Shown here: piece by piece, positions 1 through 10,385 of the stretch
Numbering within the stretch: the first letter of the stretch is position 1
Layout: each line of letters begins with the position of its first letter
From: Candidatus Poribacteria bacterium
GTDB taxonomy: Bacteria; Poribacteria; WGA-4E; PCPOR2b
DNA length: 64,000 bases
Assembly (NCBI GenBank): GCA_965218095.1
Contig: OZ244587.1
Location: 1,024,001-1,088,000 of the forward strand
Direction: 5' to 3'
Notes under the pieces: generated by a model
Told to the model about the DNA's origin: nothing
Seen by the model: the letters and a program-made list of their open reading frames with translations, nothing else
Database searches by the model: none
Position numbers and translations under genes: made by a program

Positions 1-537
1 GTGCAGATGGATGCTCCCTGTCGAACACCCCGCCGCATCATACGTCAAACAGTTGGTAATCACTTGATCGCAGAGTTCGCCCATCGCTCCTTCGATTAAT
101 GCCTTCGACCAGTTGGCCGATAAAATTTCGGTCTCGACCCCGTCCGCTCGCATGGTGGACAATACTCGGTCAACCCCCGGCTTCTTGACAACCTTCCGTC
201 CTATTGCTCTCAACCCTTCCCTTGTGAGCCCCGCGAGTAACCCTTTATCCATCACCTTTTGGATGGACGCTGACTCAAGTTCCTCGAAAGCTTTCAGGAA
301 ATCAACGAGTGACGAGTGACGAGTAACGAGTGATTGTCGATTCCCCAGCCATTCGTCGCGGATTCGATTATACCGCGTTGAATACCATCCCACCATCTTC
401 TGCCACGCCGCGAGAAACTGCGCCTTCCTACGCTGGCAGTTGTCAGCCGCTGCATACACGAGCAAGTTGATTGTATCCTGTTCCGATACCGTTCCGTCAA
501 AATCGGTGATGAGTTTATTGATTGGATATTTTGGCAT
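1..537 (-). CDS. HAD-superfamily phosphatase (runs off the window edge)
   Basis: Manual translation from ATG 537: MPKYPINKLITDFDGTVSEQDT (HAD motif I DxDGT) ... EILSANWS (motif II). Open to position 1; absent from the ORF track. Confidence 0.85.
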   Translation of the reverse strand, partial: MPKYPINKLITDFDGTVSEQDTINLLVYAAADNCQRRKAQFLAAWQKMVGWYSTRYNRIRDEWLGNRQSLVTRHSSLVDFLKAFEELESASIQKVMDKGLLAGLTREGLRAIGRKVVKKPGVDRVLSTMRADGVETEILSANWSKALIEGAMGELCDQVITNCLTYDAAGCSTGSIHLH

Positions 538-937
538 GATGCGTGAAACGTGATGCGTGAAATGTAAAACGTGATGAGTAAGTCTGTGGACGCAAATTTT
601 CCGCGCTTTCATATTTTTACATTCGGGAAAAGATCACCTGCTTGAGAGTCAGCCCAAAGGTAGCCTCCAAAATCGAGCCGGCTACTTATTGCGAGCCATT
701 GAGCGGGGAATCGTCCAACTCAAAGCAGCAGAGAAGTGAACGTTTGCCCAAATCGTTGATACGTCGTCGCCCAAAGTTCCTTAATGTCAGAAAGGGTCTC
801 ATCTTGCCTTCAACTCAATTGACGAAAAGAGGTCGCCGAGGCGATCTCCTTGATGCTGACATACGCAACGCAACCGGCAGAACTTGCTAATGCGCAAGGG
901 GAAATCGGCGAGACTTCGCGTTTCATGGGAAGGGACG

Positions 938-1219
938 TTAGCTGCCAGTAATCTTAATCCCGCTGACGACACCCTTGAGAAATGAGACGGACACCTGAAT
1001 GTCACCATCATCGTCAGGGACATTCCACCATTCCCAAAGGTCAAAGACTTTGCCTGCCGTGGTATGGTCGGGTTCACCCAAGATCTCGACGACTTGTTTC
1101 TGCGTCATGCCAATCTCTATACGGTGCGTGAGTCGGGTGTTGGTTTTTGTCTGCACTGCGAGGCGCTGCTGTCTGTGGTCGAGTTGCTGCATAAGGGATT
1201 CCATTTGCGTGTCTTTCAC
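938..1219 (-). CDS. Small SmpA/OmlA(BamE)-like domain protein, possibly 5'-truncated
   Basis: IEIGMTQKQVVEILGEPD matches the GMTxxQVxxILGxP signature. Confidence 0.55.
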   Translation of the reverse strand: MKDTQMESLMQQLDHRQQRLAVQTKTNTRLTHRIEIGMTQKQVVEILGEPDHTTAGKVFDLWEWWNVPDDDGDIQVSVSFLKGVVSGIKITGS

Positions 1220-1663
1220 ACGTAATTGCCCACGTATTTCGTCAATTAAACATTGTGTTCCTTAGATGTATCTCCCACGCAGCCTCACAAAGGGAATAAC
1301 ACACGTAAAAACGCATGTATTTGGATGTGTGTTTCATTTTTTCAAACCAGCTTTCTGCTGTTGCGTTGCGGTGGTCGCGGTAAGAAAGGAGAAATCGCAT
1401 GAACAGATGGAGCGCCCCGATCTGCTCCTCGGCTCTCCCGTTCCCGGAGGCTTTCACAGCGCTGAGTGGTCCTTTTATTGATGCGGGTTTAGGACAATGC
1501 GTTCTAACGAGTAACATTATTGTATTCATTAAACGCCGCCGGGGAGTTGGGCTCATGAAACACCACTTCTTTATTACCCTCGTTGTTCTGTCTTAACCGC
1601 CCCAGGGACGTATTGACGAACCCAAGCGATTACCGCTTCATCGGATTTCCCGCCTGATGCCGT

Positions 1664-1807
1664 TCAAATGATATCCTGCTCAAAAAACTGATTGAAATCT
1701 ACCGATACAATATTCTTGACCTGCTGCCGTACCACCAGGTGATATGTCGCAGCGATGCCAGCCACCCTCGCGCCGCAAATGACAATGTCTGAAGTTATCC
1801 GTCTCAA
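1664..1807 (-). pseudogene. N-terminal relic of an FAD-dependent oxidoreductase
   Basis: LRRITSDIVICGARVAGIAATYHLVVRQQVKNIVSVD is a degenerate Rossmann GxGxxG; stops after 47 codons. Confidence 0.65.
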
Positions 1808-1822
1808 CCCCAAGTCCCTTCC

Positions 1823-3055
1823 TCAAGCCAACCACAGGTCGTGAGGGATGAATTCCTCGTTGGTGAGGATCTCAATCCCGTCGTGCGTGATTAACACATT
1901 GTCTTCCAAACCATATTTTTCTGTCGCCTCCCAGAAGGGGAAAACGCCCCCGCCGGTGATGTACGGCTCAACCGCCAAGACCATATGCTCTTCCAGTGGG
2001 GTTGAGTTACCCGCAGACAGCCCCGGATGTTCATGAATGTTGAGACCAATCCCGTGACCGATAGCAGACCAGCCATTTTCCAGACACCAATCGGAAAAGT
2101 CCTTGTACCCAGCCCGATTGTTGACCTCAAAGGCGGCCTCCAACACCTCACCGCAACGTATTCCCGGTTTCATCACGCTCAAGGTGGTCTCGAGTCCCTC
2201 CTTGGCAAGCTCGAAAAACTGGCGTTGATCTGGTCGCGGCTCTCCGATACACGCGATTCTCTTAAGGTCCGACCAGTACCCCTCGAACAAGCAGCCGCCA
2301 TCGAATTGGATGATGTCACCCTTTTTCAAAACGTAATCGCTGGGAGTGGAATCCGCCCACATCAGTCTTGGCCCGGCGTAAACACAGGTCAAGCCCGTTT
2401 CTGTTGCACCTCCCTCGAACATAACCGTGTGCATCACACGCGCAATTTCACGTTCGGTCACGCCCGGGCGGAGGCGCTCGAAGCCAGCTTTGACAGCCTT
2501 GCAGGAGATTTCACACGCCGTTCGCAAACGCTCGATTTCACGCTCGGATTTGATGCTACGCACTTGCCAGATTGCGTCTGTCGCGTCGATAATGTTGGTT
2601 TTTGGTAGCGCGTGACGCAGTTGGTCTAGATGGGTCACGCCCATATGCACATGCATATTCGCCCCTAACTCCATTCCGACGACCGCATCAAACAGCTTTT
2701 TCTCTTTCAGAACCGCCGCAATCAACGGTGTCGCATTAGTCTGATCGCTCATGTAAAAGGCTTTGGGCCAATTCCAATAGTGTATCTCCTCCACCCATGA
2801 CGCCTTTGCCAAGTGCTGAAATCCGTTAGCAAAAATCAGGGCGGGCGGGATGCTTTCATCGCATGGCACCACCATAAAGAAATAAAAATGCTTGCAACAC
2901 CACGCTCCCTGATTAAACCCCGCGAAATAGCGGAGATTCTCCTGGTTGGTCAACAACAATACATCGATTTTGCTCGCTTTGAGAATTTGTCGACAACGCT
3001 GCCATCTGGCTTCGTATTCTTGCCTCGGAAAATCTGGAAAGTGAGTTTCTTTCAT
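1823..3055 (-). CDS. Xaa-Pro peptidase family (M24) protein
   Basis: Creatinase-like N-domain (NLRYFAGF); RSIKSEREIE, DGG..Y.SD, GHGIGLNIHEHP, AVEP and EDNVLIT metal ligands. Confidence 0.93.
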   Translation of the reverse strand: MKETHFPDFPRQEYEARWQRCRQILKASKIDVLLLTNQENLRYFAGFNQGAWCCKHFYFFMVVPCDESIPPALIFANGFQHLAKASWVEEIHYWNWPKAFYMSDQTNATPLIAAVLKEKKLFDAVVGMELGANMHVHMGVTHLDQLRHALPKTNIIDATDAIWQVRSIKSEREIERLRTACEISCKAVKAGFERLRPGVTEREIARVMHTVMFEGGATETGLTCVYAGPRLMWADSTPSDYVLKKGDIIQFDGGCLFEGYWSDLKRIACIGEPRPDQRQFFELAKEGLETTLSVMKPGIRCGEVLEAAFEVNNRAGYKDFSDWCLENGWSAIGHGIGLNIHEHPGLSAGNSTPLEEHMVLAVEPYITGGGVFPFWEATEKYGLEDNVLITHDGIEILTNEEFIPHDLWLA

Positions 3056-3093
3056 CAGTCACTGCCTTTCGTCTGGATAAGACCTTGATTTAG

Positions 3094-3355
3094 CTACCAA
3101 GGCGCCGCGACTCTTAAGTCTCCGGCGATCTCTTCCAATAGCGCCCGGTGCTGCTCTCCCAACGGGATACCCTCAATCGCCCAGTCTCGCTCCCGGCGCC
3201 ATTCAAGTGCCCCGGCTAATTCGGCGGTTTCCTGGCCAGGCATCGGTGGGAGCACCCGACTGGCAGCGATGATACGTTCGACCTCCGACTTAAAATGGTC
3301 TGCGTCTCCCAACGAATCCGGTCGAAACGCAACGATTAGGAATCCGCGATCGCTT
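3094..3355 (-). pseudogene. C-terminal fragment of an Ldh_2 (malate/L-lactate dehydrogenase family) oxidoreductase
   Basis: FLIVAFRPDSLGDADHFKSEVERII...PMPGQE...EWRRERDWAIEGIPL resembles the Ldh_2 C-terminus; 5' part replaced by IS debris. Confidence 0.65.
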
Positions 3356-3359
3356 CGTT

Positions 3360-3668
3360 AGTCAGACGTAACCGAGGATTAGCCCGAAAGTTAGCCACGT
3401 TAGAACATGGGCTGTTCGGGCTGTATGTACAATTTCTGTTGGAGACACCAGACACTGGGTGAACACACGCCGGCGACGGCCGCCGAGATAACAGATCATC
3501 AATGGCGTGTCAGACAACTGTTCTGCTATGTGATGCCATGCCAGCACCGCTTTGGCAACCGCCTAAGCGGAAAGGGAGACCCCAAAAGGCTTTCACACGT
3601 TAGTGTACATTTACCGTGCCTATCTGGCTCAACCGCTTTACACTTTAACACCAACTGCGTAACTTCTA
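3360..3668 (+). mobile_element. IS debris: IS1-like transposase C-terminus plus an IS701-type right end
   Basis: YNFCWRHQTL..TPATAAEITDHQW motif; 3615-3668 (RAYLAQPLYTL, caactgcgtaacttcta) resembles the IS701 end near 51790-51830. Confidence 0.6.
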
Positions 3669-3669
3669 C

Positions 3670-4223
3670 GGTTATTGTTTCGGAGGTATCTTGGCTCTTG
3701 AGATCGCTCAACAGTTGCAAACGCGAGGTAAGCAGGTCGAGTTGCTCATTTTACTTCAGGCCAGGTTTCGTATCTCTTTCAAACATTAAGTCTATTATAT
3801 CCGACGACGTCTCATCGATCACGCGCGTAACTTTTTGCGACTCAGGCCCGCCGAGCAACTGACCTATTTTCTTTTCTCGACTTGGTGAAGGAAGCCAAGA
3901 GAGATATTAGCAGGAGGATTAAACGAAACCTACGACGTTTCCATCGGGATAAAAAACCTCAACCTTCCAGCACTCACGCGAAGCCCGATACCGCCAATTT
4001 TGATGCAAGCACTGACTATGAGCCAAAATCTTACTCCGGACGAATTATCCTTTTCTACGGCAACGAGCGTCCACCTAAACATCCAGATGATCTCCGGGTT
4101 GTGGTCTGACGCAAAGTAACGGATCAACTGGAGGTCAGAACGGCACCGGGTAAACAGATGGGAATGTTACGAGAACCTCACGCCCGATAAGTCGCCGAGC
4201 AGGTGAAGGAGTACCCGGATTAG
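3670..4223 (+). pseudogene. NRPS/PKS-type thioesterase domain relic
   Basis: GYCFGGILALEIAQQLQTRGKQVELLILL ... YEPKSYSGRIILF ... LEVRTAPG..MLREPH, broken by frameshifts and stops. Confidence 0.75.
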
Positions 4224-4291
4224 GCTAGACAAAGAGGTTAAGGGTTAGTCAGCCATGCGTCTTTACTGCTTATGACGAACTGGGACTATTT

Positions 4292-5131
4292 CTACCGATC
4301 AATCCCTGCCTCAACGAAAGCGCGAGATAGAGTTTCATAAGACAGCGTTGCCGCCGCCAACGGATCATAGTTTTCACGGGCTTGTACCATAAAACTCACT
4401 TCAGCCGTGATGAACCCATCATAGCCGTGCTGCTGCATTAACTTCAGGTAGTTCACGTAATCGAAGGGTCCCTCGCCGGGGATGAGGAACTCAAAATCGG
4501 GAGCAAGTCCGCGCTGATCTTTGACGTGCGTATGGGCAGAATGCGGTGCGAGGGCAGCGACACTTTCCTCGGTTGGTATGCCAATGATGTCAAAGTGACT
4601 GATGTCGAAATTGACCTTGAGGTAGGGTGAGCCCACCAAATTGAGGAGCTCAAGTACTTTATCAGGCGTGTCGATCAGGCCACCAATGTGAGGCTCCATA
4701 GCAACCGTCACCGCGTGTGCGGCTGCGTATTCAACCACCTCGCCCGTCCGTTCGGCGAGAAATTGCTTGCTATTTTCCCAGTCTTCTGGCTGCCCACCCG
4801 ATGTCGTGTTAATTGCCGGTGGGGTATCTTCTGGCACGAGCTCCAGTCCCAGATCGACTGCACCTTTCAACCGCCACAGGCTTTGCGCGTGTGCTTCGGC
4901 ATCCATTTCTATCAGACTCGAATGTGCGGCAATCGCCGGTAACATCAAATCGTATTCTTTCAACAATCCCGCAATTCGTTTCCGCTCAGCGGTGTCAAGC
5001 GTGCTCAACTCCGTGATGAAACGTGGGCCAACCGCTAACTCCATCCCATCAAACCCAAGCTGTGCGATATGACGAATTGCTGTATCAATGGGGACGGTCG
5101 GCATCCCCCATGTGCTATAACCGAGTTTCAT
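4292..5131 (-). CDS. Sugar phosphate isomerase/epimerase (xylose-isomerase-like TIM barrel)
   Basis: GFDGMEL, MEPH, NFDISH, HTHVKD, PGEG, ITAE motifs. Confidence 0.9.
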   Translation of the reverse strand: MKLGYSTWGMPTVPIDTAIRHIAQLGFDGMELAVGPRFITELSTLDTAERKRIAGLLKEYDLMLPAIAAHSSLIEMDAEAHAQSLWRLKGAVDLGLELVPEDTPPAINTTSGGQPEDWENSKQFLAERTGEVVEYAAAHAVTVAMEPHIGGLIDTPDKVLELLNLVGSPYLKVNFDISHFDIIGIPTEESVAALAPHSAHTHVKDQRGLAPDFEFLIPGEGPFDYVNYLKLMQQHGYDGFITAEVSFMVQARENYDPLAAATLSYETLSRAFVEAGIDR

Positions 5132-5189
5132 AGATTGTCTCCTCTGAATCGTCTTAGGTTTTACGCATTACGCAACACGCACTACGTAC

Positions 5190-6455
5190 CTATATTCCCA
5201 AACCTTCGTTAATTTCCCGCTGATAGTCGTTAACCTGCTCGGCAAGCACGTCGTCGATAGTGACGAGGTGTCCAGTTTCCCCCGATTCCAGTATTCCATA
5301 AGAAACGGCAACAGATCGCGTTCCCTGTTCAGCGTCCACCTCAACCGGGTGCTCGCCGGAAATCGCCTGCGCAAAATCTCCGTATTCGATGGCGATAATC
5401 TTTCGGTCCGTTTCAGGGAATGGGAACTCGTAACGCCACAACCGATCTCCGCCCCACAGGTCTGTTGTCACTGCATCCAGGTGAAAGTTGGGGACGAGCT
5501 CAAGTATCTTCTCATCACTGATGGGGGCTTCGCCGTCAATGTGCAGTGTGATATTCCCACCGCTACGGTCTCCGGGCAAGTCCATTGAGCCGCGAGAACC
5601 GTAGATCTGCCGTGACCACACACTCTGACCACGTCCAGCGTGATCTTCGATGTACTGACCCACTGCGCCGTTTTTGAAGATCAACGTTGCATAAGCAGCG
5701 TCCTCTGCTGTGACTTCAAATTCGGCTGGCATCTCCTTCTGCCAACGTCCGTAGACGCCGCCGGGATTTAATCCGGCTGTTCCACCGCTGTCCGCAGGGT
5801 TCTTGCGGATGGGCTCATAGAGCCGCGTTTTTGCGTAAACCGTTTCGATTTCGCCGAGCAGGTACTCCATCATATCTGTGAAGTGAACGCCGACATCAAG
5901 TAGCACGCCGCTTTGGTCCTTCTAGTGATGCCACACAGAGATCAACCTCCCGTCGCCGCCGCCAATCGTGTGATGGATGAGAAAGCGTGGAATTCCGATG
6001 ACGCCCGCATTCAACAGAGCTTTCGCCAAACGGTTGATGGGGTCACGACGGTAATTTTCCGCCACGCTCAAAATGGCGTCGGATTTCTTCGCTGCATGAT
6101 GGATGAGATTGCAGGCACGGACGGTCAACCCCATCGGCTTTTCGACCATCGTGTGCCAGCTCCACTCCAGCGTCTTGATGGCGACTGTGTGATGGTATCG
6201 TGGCGTCGTGGTCACATCGACCGCTTCAACGCTAAGCGCAGCCAGCCCCTCCAGATCGCCGACAACGGTTGGGCGGGTTCCAAAATACTCTGCCGCTTAA
6301 TCGGCGAGGTATTCGGCGTTGTCCTGTACCGGATCGCACGCCCCAACAAGGTCAAAGCGTTCCCACCCCGCACGGTGAAGTTCCGCAAGCCCGTACAAAT
6401 GACGATGCCCCATACCGCCGCAGCCAACAATGGCTAATCGAATTTTCTCGCTCAC
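5190..6455 (-). pseudogene. Gfo/Idh/MocA oxidoreductase with two in-frame stops
   Basis: GTG start after GGAGG; RLAIVGCGGMG, VEKPMG, LLDVGVH in a single frame interrupted by TAA (6297-6299) and TAG (5922-5924). Confidence 0.88.
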
Positions 6456-6656
6456 TGTTCTCCTCCCCTTGGATTGCTATCAGGATTTTAATGGGGTCAT
6501 TATAAGGTAGTCGTGAGCTGATGTCAATACCAAAAAGATTTGAAGTCTGGTCGGCGCCAATCTGTTGAAGTTGATAATTCTCTTGCATTGCAACTTGGGT
6601 TTCTGATAAAATCTATAAAATAAACCGAACTGACCTAATCAAGAAAGTATGTTGCA

Positions 6657-7205
6657 ATGAAACACGTGTGCGTATTCTGCGGATCAAGTATGGGGAGGAA
6701 ACCGGCGTATGCCAAAGCCGCAAGGCAGTTAGGCCACGCTCTGGCCAGCAGAAATCTGGGGCTTGTCTACGGCGGCACAAACGTTGGCACGATGGGTGAG
6801 CTTGCCAACGCTGCCCTTGAGGGCGGCGGCGAAGTGATTGGCGTCGTGCCTACGATATTCGTCGAAAAGGAAATCGCCCACGCCGCGCTTTCCGATCTGC
6901 GAATTGTTGACTCGATGCACGAGCGAAAAGGGCTCATGGCTGAACTTTCCGATGGTTTTATCGCGCTCCCCGGCGGACTCGGCACGATCGACGAATTTTT
7001 TGAGATGGTAACGTGGACGCAACTCGGTCTACATCGAAAACCGTGTGGTCTTCTGAACGTATGTCAGTATTACACCAAGTTAACGGATTTCCTCGATTAC
7101 GCAGTTTCGGAGGGATTGATCAAGGCGCATCACCGTTCACTGATGTTGATCGATGAAAGCCCGGCTGCGTTGCTCAAGAAGTTTGACGAGTTTCTGACCA
7201 ATTGA
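6657..7205 (+). CDS. LOG family nucleotide phosphoribohydrolase (TIGR00730-type)
   Basis: CVFCGSS, LVYGG, MHERK and PGGLGTIDE (PGGxGTxxE) motifs. Confidence 0.95.
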   Translation: MKHVCVFCGSSMGRKPAYAKAARQLGHALASRNLGLVYGGTNVGTMGELANAALEGGGEVIGVVPTIFVEKEIAHAALSDLRIVDSMHERKGLMAELSDGFIALPGGLGTIDEFFEMVTWTQLGLHRKPCGLLNVCQYYTKLTDFLDYAVSEGLIKAHHRSLMLIDESPAALLKKFDEFLTN

Positions 7206-7245
7206 ATAGATCACAGGATACATAAAGCTCCCCCAAGGAGAATAC

Positions 7246-7285
7246 CATGAAAGCAGCCGTCTTTGAAGAAACCGGGAAATTAAGC
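7246..7285 (+). repeat. 40-bp exact direct repeat of the start of the Zn-dehydrogenase gene (second copy 9233-9272)
   Basis: catgaaagcagccgtctttgaagaaaccgggaaattaagc occurs at both sites; this copy follows an AAGGAG RBS. Confidence 0.95.
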
Positions 7286-7286
7286 C

Positions 7287-7319
7287 GTAGGTTGGGGTGA
7301 GGCACGAGACCCAACCTAC
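7287..7319. repeat. GTAG-type REP palindrome
   Basis: GTAGGTTGGG-gtgaggcacgaga-CCCAACCTAC. Confidence 0.8.
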
Positions 7320-7338
7320 CCAATCACTGAGATCGAAG

Positions 7339-7767
7339 ATGTCAGAAGAACAAAGAAATAGTACGACCCCATCGAATGAATCTACGGCTCAAACTCAGGG
7401 CAAATCAGGTGGGATCTCCGTTCTTTCATTAATTGAGGAACGTCTCACCCAAGCGGATAATCCCCAAGATATTGTTCTCTAGACTCAGGTGCGCGAGGAG
7501 ATAAGACGACAGAATATAAGACGACAGAATGAGGAATCGAAAAATCAAGACCACCAACGTTTCTTGGAAAAAGCGCAGTTATGGTATAAGATGGGATTTT
7601 CTGTCAGTGCTTTTGTTGTCAGTATAGGCCTGCTTATTGGTGGCTTGACTCATCCAGGATTTTTCATATTGGGTGCAGGACTTTTCGGGTTCGCCCCGAA
7701 CTATGTGAAGGCGTTTTTAAGAATTTTCAGAGAAAAAGGTAAAGGAGGAGAAAATGCGGAAAAATAG
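7339..7767 (+). pseudogene. Two-TM membrane protein with an internal TAG
   Basis: MSEEQ...DIVL*TQVREE...; two C-terminal hydrophobic segments; 15-bp tandem duplication at 7501-7530. Confidence 0.65.
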
Positions 7768-9237
7768 AGCAGTCTATAGTCTAGCGGTTGGTGGTTTTCT
7801 TGCCTTGCTTACGGCCGGTCTGCTTTCCCTGGTTGCACAAGATAGAATGGCACCCGAAATAGACCAGGTATTGATGATTATTGCAGGGATGACCACAGTT
7901 GCTGCACTGACAGCATTTCAACAATCTGTAGAGAATAGTACGTCACCTTCTTTTGTTCATGTCTCTTTTAATGAGGTTTTCGTGAGCAAGAGTCTTTCTG
8001 AAGGACTTACAGCACCTGATACAACCCCTGTTGATGCAGAGGAGATTGCAGAACCTTGGGATTTAAGTCTCGGGCAGCTAGGTTCTGTTGACATTTGAGT
8101 ATAAGGTTGTGGCATAATAGAAGAATGACGCCAATAACCTTACCTGATGAACAATGGAATAAGATATACCGGTTTCTTCTAAGCTGTCCCACCATCTATG
8201 TTGGCGACGAAGCTGCTACACGCCGCTTCGTCGAAGCCGTCCTGTGGGTGACTCGTAGTGGGGCTCAATGGAGACTTCTACCAGACACCTATGGCAAATG
8301 GAACACCCGCTACAAGCGGTTTGCTCGATGGTGCGACAAAGGTATCTTCACACAGATGCACCCTCACTTTGCCTCTGACCCCGATATCGAGTCGCTTATT
8401 GTGGACAGTACCATCTGCCGCGCTCACCCGTGTGCGGCGGGCGCCTTAAAAAGCTGGCGCCTTAAAAAAAAGGGTGGCACTGAAAACCAAGCATTAGGTC
8501 GGTCTCGGGGCGGTTTCAGTACAAAAATTCACATCACAGTTGACGGACTAGGCAATCCGCTAAGAATTCATCTGACCCCCGGTCAGAGACATGACATAAC
8601 TGAGGCGGAAGGGTTGATAATCGGATATAACAGTGAATATGTGATTGGAGACAAGGGGTACGATTCGGACGCTTTTATCGCCGTTATTGAGGCGAATGGA
8701 GCGATTGCGGTGATACCGCCAAAAAGTCATCGTGTTGACCAAAGAACGTATGACAAACACTTAATACAAAGAGAGACATCGGGTTGAATGTTTCATCAAC
8801 AAGATAAAATGGTATCGTCGTATCTTCTCTCGGTTTGAGAAGCTAGCTGTCCGTTATTTTGGATTTCTCAGCTTTGTCGCCACTCTTATATGGCTCCCTT
8901 GAAATGTCAACAGAACCTAGTTGGCTTAGACAACTCGTTGGCATTAGCAAAATTGCGGATGGAGCTTGAACGAGAACTCAGACACATTGCTTACAATAAC
9001 CAGATAGATATCAGTTCTCGTCCGTTAGGGGTTACAGGAATCGCTCAAGAACTTTTGTCTCGAAAAATTTTACCCGCGACTTGGCTTGGAGCTTTGAAAG
9101 AAATTACATCTGTTTGCAATCAGGCGGTACATGGAATGGAAATCCCTGACGATATCGCTATCTCTGTTGTGAGAGTTGGTGGCCAACTGCTTGAACAACT
9201 TCGTTTCGTGCGAAACAAAGGAGGCCTGTATTCATGA
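7754..9237 (+). pseudogene. TM + HEPN/DUF4145-like protein interrupted by IS5 copy 1
   Basis: Removing the IS and one TA rejoins LGQL|VGLDNSLALAKLRMELERELR...CNQAVHG into a 214-aa ORF with two N-terminal TM segments. Confidence 0.75.
8081..8917 (+). mobile_element. IS5-family element, copy 1 (transposase frameshifted near the C-terminus)
   Basis: 16-bp TIR GGTTCTGTTGACATTT; TA duplication; RSGAQWRLLP, VDST, GDKGYDSD; one extra A near 8763. Confidence 0.95.
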
Positions 9238-10253
9238 AAGCAGCCGTCTTTGAAGAAACCGGGAAATTAAGCGTACAGGATAAGCCAATCCCAACGCTCG
9301 ATTCAGGTGATGCCCTCATTAGAGTCGATCTATGCGGTATCTGCGCATCTGACTTGGCAGCGCTCAACGGAGACATCACAGATTACTCCCCGCCTGTCGT
9401 GATGGGACATGAACTCGCTGGCGTCGTCGTTGAAAGCCGACATCCCAGTGTGAGAGTCGGCGAGAAAGTGACGGTCAACCCAATGCTCTCCTGCGGAAAC
9501 TGCGATTACTGCCGGGCCGATCTGGACAAATATTGCTCAAACATTGAGGGAATTGGACATGACATTGACGGTGGATACGCGGAATACCTTCGAATGCCGA
9601 AGCATGGAATTGAAACGGGCAAGCTCATTTCCGTACCGGATACGATTTCGCCGGAAGAACTGATTTTTCTGGAGCCGTTGGGATGCTGTATCAACGCGAT
9701 GCGTGAGACAATCTTCGATAAAAGCGTCGCTATTCTAGGCGCGGGGCCCATCGGGCTTATGTTTGCCCAACTGACGAGAAAGGCGGGATTGCAGACATTC
9801 GTTCTTGAACCGCTCGCACATCGGCGGGGAGTGGCGGCTGAAGTTGGTGCAGACGCTACGTTTGATATTACAGGGGAGCAGGTGGAGGCACTTATTGAGA
9901 CAACTAACGGCGGCGTGGATACCGTCATCTCTGCGGCAGTCAATAATCAACGCGCGATTGATCTCGCCTTCAAGATTGTGCGGCGAGGCGGCTGTGTGAA
10001 TTTCTTCGGGCTGGCACCGGGAGGGCAGGAGCTGCGGATTAACCTTGAGCATTTTCATTATATGGGGCATAAACTGATGGCGTCGTGGGCATTCTCGCGC
10101 TGGAGCTTGAACGAATCCCGTCAAGTGCTTATTGACGACGAGATTAACCTTAAGCCTTTACTGACAGATCGATTTCCGATTGAGGGAGTGGTTGAAGGGT
10201 TTGAAAATGCCCGGCAACAACGCGGTGTGAAAAGCGTTCTGGTCGGCGGGTAA
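9234..10253 (+). CDS. Zn-dependent medium-chain (sorbitol/threonine-type) dehydrogenase
   Basis: CGICASD, GHE, CGNCDYC..C and GAGPIG motifs. Confidence 0.93.
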   Translation: MKAAVFEETGKLSVQDKPIPTLDSGDALIRVDLCGICASDLAALNGDITDYSPPVVMGHELAGVVVESRHPSVRVGEKVTVNPMLSCGNCDYCRADLDKYCSNIEGIGHDIDGGYAEYLRMPKHGIETGKLISVPDTISPEELIFLEPLGCCINAMRETIFDKSVAILGAGPIGLMFAQLTRKAGLQTFVLEPLAHRRGVAAEVGADATFDITGEQVEALIETTNGGVDTVISAAVNNQRAIDLAFKIVRRGGCVNFFGLAPGGQELRINLEHFHYMGHKLMASWAFSRWSLNESRQVLIDDEINLKPLLTDRFPIEGVVEGFENARQQRGVKSVLVGG

Positions 10254-10385
10254 ATGCACGAAATCGTGTAACGTATAAAAGCGTGTTAGACAAATTGGTT
10301 CATTTTCAAGTATAGAACGCAGGAACATACGTCAAGTTACTGACACTGAGCTTATGTTAAACCTGAAATCTGGTCATTTTTATCA

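Noticed and set aside
1242-1596. Overlapping short ORFs
   Set aside because: No motif, RBS or consistent frame; probably decayed sequence.
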